Below, in pieces: positions 29,267 to 38,390 of a stretch of DNA of 64,000 nucleotides; positions within the stretch are counted from its first letter, which is position 1; every line of letters begins with the position of its first letter. Under the pieces are notes generated by a model. It was given only the letters and a program-made list of their open reading frames with translations. It was not told the origin of the DNA and ran no database searches. A program made the translations under genes and the position numbers. Source of the DNA: a virus; IMG/VR virus record IMGVR_UViG_3300027887_000463, positions 9,371-73,370 of that record. One strand, given 5' to 3'.

Positions 29267-30187
29267 ATGAAAATATATCTTCAACATATAACACCACATT
29301 GGATGAGCGGGGTAGTAACTCACAAACAGGATCTTCATGACGTTCTCGGAAGACGTGGCCATCAAATGGTTCACTCTATTGAGGAGCCGCACGACATAGC
29401 GTTTATTTACAATAACAAACCATCGAACATGGCCCCATCGCTCTTCCATCTTCACAACTATAATATACGGTCATATTATGAACAGCTGAAACCATATAAC
29501 TATTATAGTGTGAATAGCCAGTTTCAGAAACAACATTTCTATCTCATGGATGGGTTTGATCCTGACAAGGTATTCGTTCTTCCCAACTTTGTGGATGAAC
29601 GTAAATATACCCCCACGCATTGTACACAAAGGGAGAATAGTATTGTCCTCCTTGGCCGCGTACAGGAAGAGAACTTTGATCGTATTCGTACCTCGATCAT
29701 GGCTATGCAGTATCTCCCCGACTATACTCTTGATATTGTAGGTTGGGTGTTCGATTCAGGAAGAGACTTTGTGAACAACCTTATCACGGAGACGGGTGTG
29801 AAGAACGTCCGGGTCCTGGGCGAGTTGAGGGATATGGAGAAAATCGAGTGTATATGCTCCCATCAAATAGGGATAGGTGTGGGCAGGGCTATGATGGAGA
29901 TGACGCTCCTGGGGCTTCCTGTGCTCGTTTACGGGCACTCCTGGGGAGGTTGGATGACTCCTGAGCTTATCAATAAGCTTAGATTTGACAACTTTTCGAC
30001 TCGATCCCTGGCTAAAATTCCAGACACGGAAATGGTGGAGAGAATACTCACCTCCATAAAAGATCCCCGAGGCCTCAATAGGGCAGTAGCGTTTGAGGAG
30101 TTTGGCCTTATGAACAACGTCTGGAAATATGAAAAGGCATTTGAGGAAGTGCGGAAATTAATAGGAGGAAACGATGGCATTCAATAA
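29267..30187 (+). CDS. glycosyltransferase, GT-B (group 1)-like (tentative)
   Basis: 306 aa. The stretch LLGRVQEENFDRI...YTLDIVGWVFDSG...VRVLGEL...GIGVGRAMMEMTLLGLPVLVY resembles the C-terminal half of group-1 glycosyltransferases. Nt 29740-29960 is visibly GC-richer than the flanks. Confidence 0.4.
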   Translation: MKIYLQHITPHWMSGVVTHKQDLHDVLGRRGHQMVHSIEEPHDIAFIYNNKPSNMAPSLFHLHNYNIRSYYEQLKPYNYYSVNSQFQKQHFYLMDGFDPDKVFVLPNFVDERKYTPTHCTQRENSIVLLGRVQEENFDRIRTSIMAMQYLPDYTLDIVGWVFDSGRDFVNNLITETGVKNVRVLGELRDMEKIECICSHQIGIGVGRAMMEMTLLGLPVLVYGHSWGGWMTPELINKLRFDNFSTRSLAKIPDTEMVERILTSIKDPRGLNRAVAFEEFGLMNNVWKYEKAFEEVRKLIGGNDGIQ

Positions 30188-30419
30188 AGAAAGCGCCCTT
30201 ATCCCGTCCGGAATCGGCGCATTTACGGTGAGTATTGTAACGCAAAACGGGGTGGATCCGGCCGAAGTAACAGGACACATTGAAATTCTTGGCGGAGACG
30301 GTAATGTTATGCGCACTCTCCACCTGGGGCTAATACCCCATCTTACGGGTGGTCAAATCTCCACAATACAGACGTTTATGGACAATTTGCGGAGTAAGGC
30401 CATAAACGAGATACTTTAG
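30174..30419 (+). CDS. hypothetical protein
   Basis: 81-aa ORF with a strong SD (AGGAGGAAACGATG). It is GC-richer than its surroundings. Confidence 0.5.
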   Translation: MAFNKESALIPSGIGAFTVSIVTQNGVDPAEVTGHIEILGGDGNVMRTLHLGLIPHLTGGQISTIQTFMDNLRSKAINEIL

Positions 30420-30422
30420 TGC

Positions 30423-30451
30423 TTGATACTTTTATATTTTTTTAGTATAAT
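30423..30451 (+). promoter_or_regulatory. sigma70-like promoter TTGATA-17 nt-TATAAT
   Basis: TTGATA at 30423-30428, a 17-nt spacer, then a consensus TATAAT at 30446-30451. It sits in a 61-nt AT-rich gap upstream of the ORF at 30481. Confidence 0.55.
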
Positions 30452-30480
30452 AAGATACCAATTAACCAATACAGGTAACC

Positions 30481-30870
30481 ATGAAATACTTTCAAATTTT
30501 AGAGGTCAAAAATGCGCTCACTGAATTAGGCAAAGAGCGTCTTCCAATTGCATATGAAGTAGCAAAGAACATTCGTCTATGTAATAAGGTCATTGAAGAA
30601 ACAGCTGAATTATCAAGAGAAATGTTTGAAAAATTTGCGGATAAGGATAAGGATGGCAAGCCAGTTCAGGTGCCAGATGAAAACAATCAGGGTCAGATGA
30701 CCATGAAGATTACAGATCCAGCAAATCTACTTTCATATCAAGAGGAAATCGGAAAGATCTTAAACGCAGATCATGATATGGAATTTGTCAAGATTCCCAA
30801 GGTTCGTATTCAAAGTGAAAAATTAACGGCAACAACCATCGTACCGTTAATTGATATTGTTATCGAATAA
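30481..30870 (+). CDS. hypothetical protein
   Basis: 129-aa ORF downstream of the promoter at 30423. No motif recognised. Confidence 0.55.
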   Translation: MKYFQILEVKNALTELGKERLPIAYEVAKNIRLCNKVIEETAELSREMFEKFADKDKDGKPVQVPDENNQGQMTMKITDPANLLSYQEEIGKILNADHDMEFVKIPKVRIQSEKLTATTIVPLIDIVIE

Positions 30871-30881
30871 GGGTAATTGAA

Positions 30882-31649
30882 ATGGTAAAGGGAAAGAAAA
30901 GAGCAGGTAAGCGAACATCGCCCCCAGTAGGTTTTGGATGTGACGAAGTTGAACAATACCTGGATAGAGCTATTGAAGAAGTTAAAAAAGAAATATTGCC
31001 TAAAATCACTGCGATCGACCAGCGGGATAAAGAACAGTATGAAAATGCCAGAGACTATCTAACCAAATCTTTCGAGAGTTTAGTAGAACGCAATGCCAAA
31101 GTAGAGCATACAATTACTCATGTAGGCAAAGAGTTAGAAGAAATTTATGAGGATCGAAAGAAGATGGTCGCAGAATTAACTGATATGTTCCATAATTTAA
31201 CTGGTGTTCTGCATAAACATATTACAGATGAGACCGCAGAATTTAAGGAGATTAGTGTTAGACAAGAAGCCATGAAGGATACTATAACTACTGTTCAGGA
31301 TACACTTAATACTGTATCCGCAAATGGTAACAAGGGTCTTCATGCTTCCTTAAAAGATTTGTATAATAAGAATAACGAAGTTCATACAGAAATTGTGGGA
31401 TTAAAAGATGATATCAAATCCTTTAGAGATCTGGTACAACCAGAACTTGATCGTAAGGCTTGGTGGATCTCCACAAAGAAAATGATGAAAACTTCTGCGC
31501 TATTTAAGATGTTAACAACCAAGGGTGGGATAGTTATTTTTATTTTTATCGGATGGCTATTAGCTAACATTATTCTTCATCCATTCGGTATTAATTTAGG
31601 ACTAGCAACACTCTTAAATCTATTAGGGTATGCGGTAGGGCCACAGTAA
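30882..31649 (+). CDS. coiled-coil protein with C-terminal membrane anchor
   Basis: 255 aa. It has a long K/E-rich helical region followed by hydrophobic GGIVIFIFIGWLLANIILHPFGINLGLATLLNLLGYAV. Confidence 0.5.
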   Translation: MVKGKKRAGKRTSPPVGFGCDEVEQYLDRAIEEVKKEILPKITAIDQRDKEQYENARDYLTKSFESLVERNAKVEHTITHVGKELEEIYEDRKKMVAELTDMFHNLTGVLHKHITDETAEFKEISVRQEAMKDTITTVQDTLNTVSANGNKGLHASLKDLYNKNNEVHTEIVGLKDDIKSFRDLVQPELDRKAWWISTKKMMKTSALFKMLTTKGGIVIFIFIGWLLANIILHPFGINLGLATLLNLLGYAVGPQ

Positions 31650-31659
31650 GGTATAAACT

Positions 31660-32043
31660 ATGAGCAAGGTTGGACAATGGATTGGTACACAGTGGACCTG
31701 GTTTAAATTGATCTTTGCAGATGACGACGAGCGTGCTTCTGTACACGATGCTCCGACCATGAAGAATTTTATCTTGTTTATTCTTCTAATATTATTCTGT
31801 ATAGCATACATAAAAGTTATTTACTTAACAGAATTTACTGTAAAGGCTGATATAAAAGATCCTAATAAAACAACAGTAGTAGTACAAGTTCCAGACATCC
31901 CCTCAGGATGGTCTACCGTTTTCATGGTTGGCTTGGGAGCTATGGCTGCCTTATCAGGAGCCAAGAAGATAGCCGAATTTAAATACACTGCCACCAATGG
32001 AGCCGGGGATGGAATGCCAGATGAAAAAACTAAAACACCGTAA
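31660..32043 (+). CDS. small membrane protein
   Basis: 127 aa with hydrophobic segments FILFILLILFCIAYIKVIYL and WSTVFMVGLGAMAALSGA. Confidence 0.5.
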   Translation: MSKVGQWIGTQWTWFKLIFADDDERASVHDAPTMKNFILFILLILFCIAYIKVIYLTEFTVKADIKDPNKTTVVVQVPDIPSGWSTVFMVGLGAMAALSGAKKIAEFKYTATNGAGDGMPDEKTKTP

Positions 32044-32117
32044 AAGGTATAATGCCGAAAGCCTAAAGCGGGTAAATTTAAGTCAATAGAATAACAAACT
32101 GTTTAAAGGAAGGAACA

Positions 32118-33179
32118 ATGAAAAAGTTTGCAGGGATATCATATGACGTCACAGATCTTTTATCCGATGGGAGAATAGAGTATCTCGTTTCTCTTACGAA
32201 GAATGATCCTGATGACCTAATTAAGAATGCCCACATCCCATCAAAGGATGAAGTTGAAGCCATGCCATCCGAGGACTTCGCGGTAGTTCTCTATCATGGT
32301 CAAACGGGATTCTTGAAAAAATTCGCATGCCATGATAAGTATGTTACAAAACTTAACCTAAAGATTCTTCAAGACACACACCAGCATTACCCCGACGAGA
32401 TTTCAAAGACCGCCGCATTCTATTTAGCGAAAGCTGCAAAGCACTTTCGTCTAGAAGTACCGGAAGGTTTAAGGAAGCTCGCTGAAGGTAAACACGTTAC
32501 AAATATTGTAGATCTTGATGAAATCGACCGCACACAATGGCACAAAAAACATGCCTCTCAAATCAAGATTGCTGAACCAAAAGAGTTCGCTCTCCCAGAC
32601 TCGAGAAAATACCCCATCGATACAGATACTCTTACCAAAACTGCTGTCCAATACTTTGAGAAAAATGCTATGAAGTTGTCTCCAAAAGACGCCATGACAT
32701 ATGCACTCAATGTGAAGAAAGCGGCTAAGAGGTTTAGTATTGATACTGAGGGCACTCGTATTGAGAAGTATGCTTCTCTGACGGCATCACGTTTTAATGA
32801 TGATTATAGAGAACATATTCGTTCAAGAAAAATATGGGTTACCGAAGATAACCGAGAAGTTTATGATGAATTAGCACAACGTGCAGAAGAACTGGGCGTT
32901 ATAAAAACTGCCGAAGTTCTTGAGCAAGTCGATAGAAAGTTCGGAGTATTTCATGAATGGGGACATGATGTTGTTGATCCCTATTTGTCAGTTCTCGGAA
33001 TTAAGAAAGAAGCCGCATGTTCACATAAAGGAAAGAAGATTAAAGCCTCTATGCTGAAGAAAGCTGCTGAAGGAATTGTGGATCCTACTACTCTTAGAGA
33101 GTTAGAAGGGCCTGAAGCGATCGATATATTCGAATCGCTACCAACACCTATTAAAGACAAGATTGCCAAAAATATATAA
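32118..33179 (+). CDS. hypothetical protein
   Basis: 353-aa ORF with SD AAGGAAGG upstream of the ATG. No motif recognised. Confidence 0.55.
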   Translation: MKKFAGISYDVTDLLSDGRIEYLVSLTKNDPDDLIKNAHIPSKDEVEAMPSEDFAVVLYHGQTGFLKKFACHDKYVTKLNLKILQDTHQHYPDEISKTAAFYLAKAAKHFRLEVPEGLRKLAEGKHVTNIVDLDEIDRTQWHKKHASQIKIAEPKEFALPDSRKYPIDTDTLTKTAVQYFEKNAMKLSPKDAMTYALNVKKAAKRFSIDTEGTRIEKYASLTASRFNDDYREHIRSRKIWVTEDNREVYDELAQRAEELGVIKTAEVLEQVDRKFGVFHEWGHDVVDPYLSVLGIKKEAACSHKGKKIKASMLKKAAEGIVDPTTLRELEGPEAIDIFESLPTPIKDKIAKNI

Positions 33180-33685
33180 TGCTGAATCCAGAACTTAAAG
33201 CTCTTATAACGAGCCAAGAAGATATCCTCGAACCAGAAACAATTAGACAGTTCGAACCTGACATGAGCGAAGAGGACGTCAATCAAGTATTGGCGTTAGC
33301 TACTCTTCATAAGTCTCGTGTATTTTGGGAAAACTATAACTCCTTCGAGGATATTGTACAAGCACTCAACGGGATGGTTCCAAATCCCACAGTGCTTCAA
33401 GGTACAACACCAGAACAAATTTGGTATGCTCTGGAGATTGCGCATGAGTTACTCCCCGAACGTGAATTCGCTCCTGAAGTATTGAAATACATTGAGTTCA
33501 TGTTTAATGAGAATGGAGTATTTATTTATCCGTCATATCTCCCGATCGATAACCCTTATTTTTCTAGGGCTGTTTACCTTGCTGAGAATGGTCCGTTTCC
33601 CCTCGGAGAAACTACTGAGGAGATACAAGCCGCTCAATACTTAGCTATACAAGAATATCTAAAGGCCAAGAACCAGGAGAAGTAA
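33179..33685 (+). CDS. hypothetical protein
   Basis: 168-aa ORF with a TAATG overlap to the upstream gene. Confidence 0.55.
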   Translation: MLNPELKALITSQEDILEPETIRQFEPDMSEEDVNQVLALATLHKSRVFWENYNSFEDIVQALNGMVPNPTVLQGTTPEQIWYALEIAHELLPEREFAPEVLKYIEFMFNENGVFIYPSYLPIDNPYFSRAVYLAENGPFPLGETTEEIQAAQYLAIQEYLKAKNQEK

Positions 33686-33686
33686 A

Positions 33687-35675
33687 ATGCCATCCTTACC
33701 ATATGACGGTACTGCTATAACAGCATCAGATGCTACCATAGCTACCTACTCAAGATTACAATACCCAAATCCGTTTTTCGATCTTTCAAGACATTACTTT
33801 CCGAAGACCGTTAAAACGCTTTTCAAGTATTGTCGTATCTTTTTCTATCAGAATGAGTTCATTCATAATGTTATTACAAAGTTAGCAGAGTATCCAGTCA
33901 CCGATTTTCTCTATGAAGGTCTGGACGATAAAGAGGTTCGTAATAACTATAAAGAACTCATCGATCATCATCTCAATTTAAAATCATTCCTTATTGAAGT
34001 CGGATTAGACTACTTTACATACGGTAACTGTATTGTTTCTGCCAATATGAAATTCAAACGGTTTCTACAGTGCCCCGCGTGTAATGAAATGCAGCCGGCA
34101 GAAAATGTAACATTTAAATGGGTTAACTATACCTTCCAGGGCAAATGCGAAAAATGCGGTGCCCAGAGTGTTACGTTTAAAATGGTTGATAAGTATCTTA
34201 AAAGCCCAAGATTCCTTAAATTCATTCGTTGGGCACCAGAAAACATCAACATAGATTATGATGATCTTACAGGAGAAGCACGTTACTTCTATACAATGAA
34301 TGATAAAACGAACAAAGCTATTCGTGAAGGAAAGCCTGAAATTCTTGTTCGCGTTCCGAAGATATTCATTGATGCTATAAAGAGCAATAAGAAAATTGAA
34401 CTGGATCCACACAATCTTTTCCATCTAAAGAGACCCACCCTGGCAGAAGAAGATCAGGGTTGGGGTAAACCGCTTCTACTTCCCACCATGAAGATGCTGT
34501 GGTATATGCAGACACTTCGTAGAGGAAACGAAGCTATCGTAGCAGACCATTTAATCCCTAATAGGGCAGTATTCCCATCAGCACAAGGTAACTTAGACCC
34601 ATTCACACAGTTGAACATGGGACAGTGGCGTTCCAATGTAGAGGATCAGATTCTTAAGTGGAGGCGTGATCCTAATGCCATTGGCATATTCCCTATTCCA
34701 ATTGGTTATCAATCACTTGGTGGAGATGCTCGTGTTCTAATGGTAACACCCGAACTAAAGTACCTAGAAGAATCTATTATCAATGCACTCGGCGTGCCTA
34801 TCGAATTTATCAAAGGTGGTTCGACATGGACTAGCTCTTCGGTATCCCTGCGTATTGTAGAAAATCACTTCCTTACCTACAGAGAAGAGCTTGATAAATT
34901 CATCAATTATTTTATTGTACCAAAGATAAGATACTTCTTAGGATATCCGCCTGTGGTCCTCAGATTAAAGAAATTTAAGATGATGGATGATGCACAGACC
35001 AAGGAAATTCTACTTCAAATGGCTCAGTTAGGCAAGATATCTGATACAACGCTACATGCAGAACTAGGCCTGGATTCGCAAGAAGAGATGCAGAATAAGC
35101 GTCAAGAAGCAAAGGTTCAAACAGATGTACAAACACAATTAATGCTAGCCCAAGCCGATGCCCAGGGCAAGGCTGCTGTACAAGGCGCTCGCTATCAAAT
35201 GCGTGCCCAGTATGAAGCGATGGAAGAAAATGCCCGGCTTAAAGAACATAAATTCTCGGCAGAATTGGTTCAAGAATTACAGCTTACAGATGTGGACCCC
35301 TCAGACTTCCTAGAGAAGCAGTCTATAATGATGGATGGTCTGGAGCCGGAGAAGCAACAGCAACTTCTTATGATCTATCAAACTAAGGCTCCTATCGCTT
35401 TTGGATTCTTAATGAAACGTTTACAGGGGCTTGCAGGAGTAGATCCAGCCGCTGTTGCTCAGCAACAGATGGAAATGGAAGGTATGAAACAGCAAGATAA
35501 GATGCAACAGAAACAACATGACCGTGATATGGAAAGATCTAAGGTCGATGAAAAGAAAGCTAAATCTGACCATGAACGCAAGGTAGAAGGTGCCGCTGTT
35601 GATATGGCAAAGAAAGAACATGCTGCTCAGTTACAAAAAGATAATCCAAAAGAGGAAAAGAAGGAGAAGAAATAA
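33687..35675 (+). CDS. portal-like protein (tentative) with inserted zinc ribbon
   Basis: 662 aa. INALGVPIEFIKGG resembles the portal motif (a.GvP.ellg). It also has a long Q/K/E-rich C-terminal tail. CPACNEMQ...CEKCG forms a CxxC...CxxC ribbon. No terminase or major capsid gene lies adjacent in the window. Confidence 0.4.
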   Translation: MPSLPYDGTAITASDATIATYSRLQYPNPFFDLSRHYFPKTVKTLFKYCRIFFYQNEFIHNVITKLAEYPVTDFLYEGLDDKEVRNNYKELIDHHLNLKSFLIEVGLDYFTYGNCIVSANMKFKRFLQCPACNEMQPAENVTFKWVNYTFQGKCEKCGAQSVTFKMVDKYLKSPRFLKFIRWAPENINIDYDDLTGEARYFYTMNDKTNKAIREGKPEILVRVPKIFIDAIKSNKKIELDPHNLFHLKRPTLAEEDQGWGKPLLLPTMKMLWYMQTLRRGNEAIVADHLIPNRAVFPSAQGNLDPFTQLNMGQWRSNVEDQILKWRRDPNAIGIFPIPIGYQSLGGDARVLMVTPELKYLEESIINALGVPIEFIKGGSTWTSSSVSLRIVENHFLTYREELDKFINYFIVPKIRYFLGYPPVVLRLKKFKMMDDAQTKEILLQMAQLGKISDTTLHAELGLDSQEEMQNKRQEAKVQTDVQTQLMLAQADAQGKAAVQGARYQMRAQYEAMEENARLKEHKFSAELVQELQLTDVDPSDFLEKQSIMMDGLEPEKQQQLLMIYQTKAPIAFGFLMKRLQGLAGVDPAAVAQQQMEMEGMKQQDKMQQKQHDRDMERSKVDEKKAKSDHERKVEGAAVDMAKKEHAAQLQKDNPKEEKKEKK

Positions 35676-35878
35676 TGGAAAAATATGGGGTATTAAAAGA
35701 GATTGAAGTACAAGGGGTACGCTTCTCCGTTCCTCTGAACGCAACTGAAGAAGAGATAGTAAAAGAAGCTTCTCGTCATGGAGTAGAGATGGAGAAAATA
35801 GCATACTGGAAGGAGATTACCGATGGAGGAGAGAAAAGTAGCCACGTTCGATCTGAGCAACATCCAGGAGAAAACTGA
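35675..35878 (+). CDS. hypothetical small protein
   Basis: 67-aa ORF with a TAATG overlap to the upstream gene. Its last ~18 codons overlap the alternative ORF at 35823. Confidence 0.4.
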   Translation: MEKYGVLKEIEVQGVRFSVPLNATEEEIVKEASRHGVEMEKIAYWKEITDGGEKSSHVRSEQHPGEN

Positions 35879-35984
35879 GTATGAACGGATCCTCAATAAG
35901 TATTCGATCATCAAAGAAGAGTTCGGATATATGAGAGATGGGACACCTAAGGTGACTGTCTGGTATGTTGTGGAAGATGAGTAA
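35823..35984 (+). CDS. candidate 53-aa ORF, below the track cutoff
   Basis: AAGGAG-7 nt-ATG at 35823. Product MEERKVATFDLSNIQEKTEYERILNKYSIIKEEFGYMRDGTPKVTVWYVVEDE. It ends 6 nt before the terminator hairpin. Confidence 0.3.
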   Translation: MEERKVATFDLSNIQEKTEYERILNKYSIIKEEFGYMRDGTPKVTVWYVVEDE

Positions 35985-35990
35985 TAAAAA

Positions 35991-36010
35991 AGGGCCTGAT
36001 TTCAGGCCCT
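35991..36010. terminator. bidirectional rho-independent terminator between convergent blocks
   Basis: AGGGCCTG-ATTT-CAGGCCCT hairpin flanked by an A-run on the 5' side and TTTCTTTTT on the 3' side. The + strand and - strand gene blocks converge here. Confidence 0.7.
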
Positions 36011-36016
36011 TTCTTT

Positions 36017-36394
36017 TTAGGAGATTGGTTTTTTATTATTTGGCAGATAATGAATAACCGTTGAGAGATATAGAACTATAGGAATTACATACCAGAACCA
36101 CATTAATGAGGATGTGTATATTATAAACAATAAAGCATAGCTCGCTATTCGAGCGCTAATAAGATGTAATAAACTAGTTAGACCCACCTCAGGCAACATT
36201 GTATATTGTAGAAGAAGCTGTCCAACAAAAGAATCATATTCAAATTCCTTCTCACCAATCAATTTTTTAAATAGTACGATAGCTATAACTAGTTCCGTTA
36301 CTATGCCAGTAATACATGCGGTTAGAAGATCCAGACGTATTACATAAGCTACAAGAGCTAATATGCCACTATATGGAATCCGTATCTTAAGCAT
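36017..36394 (-). CDS. multi-pass membrane protein
   Basis: 125 aa with several hydrophobic helices (ILALVAYVIRLDLL..., ASYALLFIIYTSSLMWFWYVIPIVLYL). It overlaps the upstream glycosyltransferase stop. Confidence 0.5.
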   Translation of the reverse strand: MLKIRIPYSGILALVAYVIRLDLLTACITGIVTELVIAIVLFKKLIGEKEFEYDSFVGQLLLQYTMLPEVGLTSLLHLISARIASYALLFIIYTSSLMWFWYVIPIVLYLSTVIHYLPNNKKPIS

Positions 36395-37685
36395 ACTCCT
36401 TCAGCCATCCAACCATTTTCTCGCGCTTATCTTCCCATAGAAAGTTTTTATAGACACGATCAATGGCCGCCTCATTGGCGACTCGTTTTTTACCGTTGGC
36501 CACCCACTTTTGATATTCTTTTTCGAGTGCTTCGACAAATAGTCTGGTGTCTACTAGTGGTCGCATATGACCATTATCCATAGCGATATTAATGTGGGCA
36601 CGATTAGGAATAATGTGTCCTGTATCTCCAAGCATTTCCGGAATAGCAGAATTCTTGGGAGCTATAGATGTAGTTCCTACTGCAGCTGACTCAATGAGAG
36701 AAAGGCCTACTCCTTCTCCAAGCGTTGTACTTAGATTCACATCAGCGATATTATAAAGAATATTGAGCTCTTCATCTGTAATAGGATTAGCATAAACATT
36801 GCCAGCAAAAGCAGCAATGACCTTATTAACATCAGAATTCTCAAACCCGGCATTCATCATATGTGCTTGTAGGATATTTGCTCTGCCAGGACCCATCATA
36901 CGCTCTTGTGTATTACAGTGAAGATATAACATAACATCTTCGTGCCCCGGATGTTCCTCAATAGCATCGGAGGTTGGACAATCATTAAGATCACAATGAG
37001 GTCTACTTGCTAGATAGGTATTTCCGCACTTACATACTTTATATCCTTTGGAGAATAGGGCCCATGCCCGTAAAGCACCTGGTAGGTGTTTACGTGGTTG
37101 GAATCTATTGTTAGAGATTGCTAGGAATTTTTCATCCCATCCCTTATCTTTCCTTAATTGATATGTAGCTGCGGCAGGAAGCGGGAAAAATACATCTGTA
37201 TTTACTCCATGATATAAATGATCAATATGAACTTTTTCTAGTTCCGGAATAGCTTCTTTAATAACACGAACGCCCCATTCAGTGTAAGTAATTAGCTTAT
37301 TGAGTTGGAGTAACGTATTGCCCCAAGTTCTAGATACCGGGGTACCGTCGATAGGAAAATAAGCTACGATAGGAACCTTATCGTTCCACTTTTTGATAGT
37401 AGGAAGAATAAAATCGATGTTGAAAACATCTTGGAAGAGAAGGATAACATCTGGATTCCAGTCAGGTAGTACTCGATGCATGCGGTCGAGTCCTAGAAGA
37501 TCTTGGAGATCAACAGGATAGATAAAATACTTCGATGTATCATATCTATGGATACCGTAATAGTTAACACCAAGGATGGCTACTTCGAAGTCTTTGTGGA
37601 GATCTCTAAAAAGGTTTTCGGCAACTATACCGAAGCCCGTTTTTACAGTTGGTGAGTCGCACCAGATCAGTAATCTTTTTTTCAC
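36387..37685 (-). CDS. glycosyltransferase family 1 (GT-B)
   Basis: 432 aa. LSTTLGEGVGLSLIESAAVGTTSIAPKNSAIPEMLGD matches the E-G-F/V-G-L...E-A/S-x-A-x-G motif of group-1 glycosyltransferases. GTG start. Confidence 0.6.
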   Translation of the reverse strand: MKKRLLIWCDSPTVKTGFGIVAENLFRDLHKDFEVAILGVNYYGIHRYDTSKYFIYPVDLQDLLGLDRMHRVLPDWNPDVILLFQDVFNIDFILPTIKKWNDKVPIVAYFPIDGTPVSRTWGNTLLQLNKLITYTEWGVRVIKEAIPELEKVHIDHLYHGVNTDVFFPLPAAATYQLRKDKGWDEKFLAISNNRFQPRKHLPGALRAWALFSKGYKVCKCGNTYLASRPHCDLNDCPTSDAIEEHPGHEDVMLYLHCNTQERMMGPGRANILQAHMMNAGFENSDVNKVIAAFAGNVYANPITDEELNILYNIADVNLSTTLGEGVGLSLIESAAVGTTSIAPKNSAIPEMLGDTGHIIPNRAHINIAMDNGHMRPLVDTRLFVEALEKEYQKWVANGKKRVANEAAIDRVYKNFLWEDKREKMVGWLKEYA

Positions 37686-37718
37686 ACGTGTGTATTGGTT
37701 AGTGATTTTGACACCCTT

Positions 37719-37747
37719 AGTATACGAAAAAAATCTGACAAAATCAA
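37719..37747 (-). promoter_or_regulatory. sigma70-like promoter TTGATT-17 nt-TATACT (- strand)
   Basis: The reverse complement reads TTGATT (37747-37742), a 17-nt spacer, then TATACT (37724-37719). This is 33 nt upstream of the glycosyltransferase start. Confidence 0.45.
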
Positions 37748-37820
37748 GTTTTGGCCCGGAAAAAGTCGATTTGGCAACATTTAATTTCCGATTTTTTTAG
37801 GCCTATTTAGCGCCCTTAAG

Positions 37821-37853
37821 GTAAAAAAAATAAAAGGGGGATTTCTCCCCCTT
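37821..37853 (-). terminator. rho-independent terminator of the lipoprotein gene
   Basis: On the - strand, hairpin AAGGGGGA-GAAA-TCCCCCTT (plus-strand coordinates 37834-37853) is followed by TTTTATTTTTTTT. Confidence 0.7.
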
Positions 37854-37855
37854 AT

Positions 37856-38206
37856 CTATTGCCACGAAGTTGACACAGACACGACACACGTATCGATTGG
37901 CTGATCTCGGCGCCATTGGATCATATCCTCTTCACCTGGCCAAAGGTCCTCACCTTCGAGGGTAACGGTTGTATCTGCATAGCCAAGAAAGAAGGTTACC
38001 CGAACATTTGGGGCTACGGCATCTCCGACGTTCTTATATCGAACGTAGCAACCCCAGTTCAGACCATCCTGGAACACCTCACCCGAATTCCACGTCCCGT
38101 CGTCAGTGATCAGCAGAATGGGGCCGAGTTCATCGGAAGCTTCCGTACCGAGATCAGAACAACCGACCACGAACAGAGCGAGCACAAACAACACGACGTA
38201 TTTCAT
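37856..38206 (-). CDS. lipoprotein (moron-like)
   Basis: 116 aa. The signal peptide with lipobox is MKYVVLFVLALFVVG-C. The gene is visibly GC-richer than its neighbours and has its own promoter-like region and terminator. Confidence 0.7.
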   Translation of the reverse strand: MKYVVLFVLALFVVGCSDLGTEASDELGPILLITDDGTWNSGEVFQDGLNWGCYVRYKNVGDAVAPNVRVTFFLGYADTTVTLEGEDLWPGEEDMIQWRRDQPIDTCVVSVSTSWQ

Positions 38207-38219
38207 TGTTTCCCCTTTT

Positions 38220-38327
38220 CTAGTAGTTTCTGTATCTCCACCACCAACCGGTGAATTTGTCCCACTTATCGAACAGCCACCACCAGAGCCTTAACATACG
38301 AATTTGAATGAACCAAGGGAATTGCAT
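38220..38327 (-). CDS. candidate 35-aa Trp-rich peptide, below the track cutoff
   Basis: AGGAG-4 nt-ATG. Product MQFPWFIQIRMLRLWWWLFDKWDKFTGWWWRYRNY, with 9 Trp in 35 residues. It ends 13 nt upstream of the lipoprotein ATG. Confidence 0.3.
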   Translation of the reverse strand: MQFPWFIQIRMLRLWWWLFDKWDKFTGWWWRYRNY

Positions 38328-38390
38328 AGGTCTCCTATTGGTTGGTCATTATCTTATACCATATTGAGAGGGTAAAAAAATGCAAGACGA

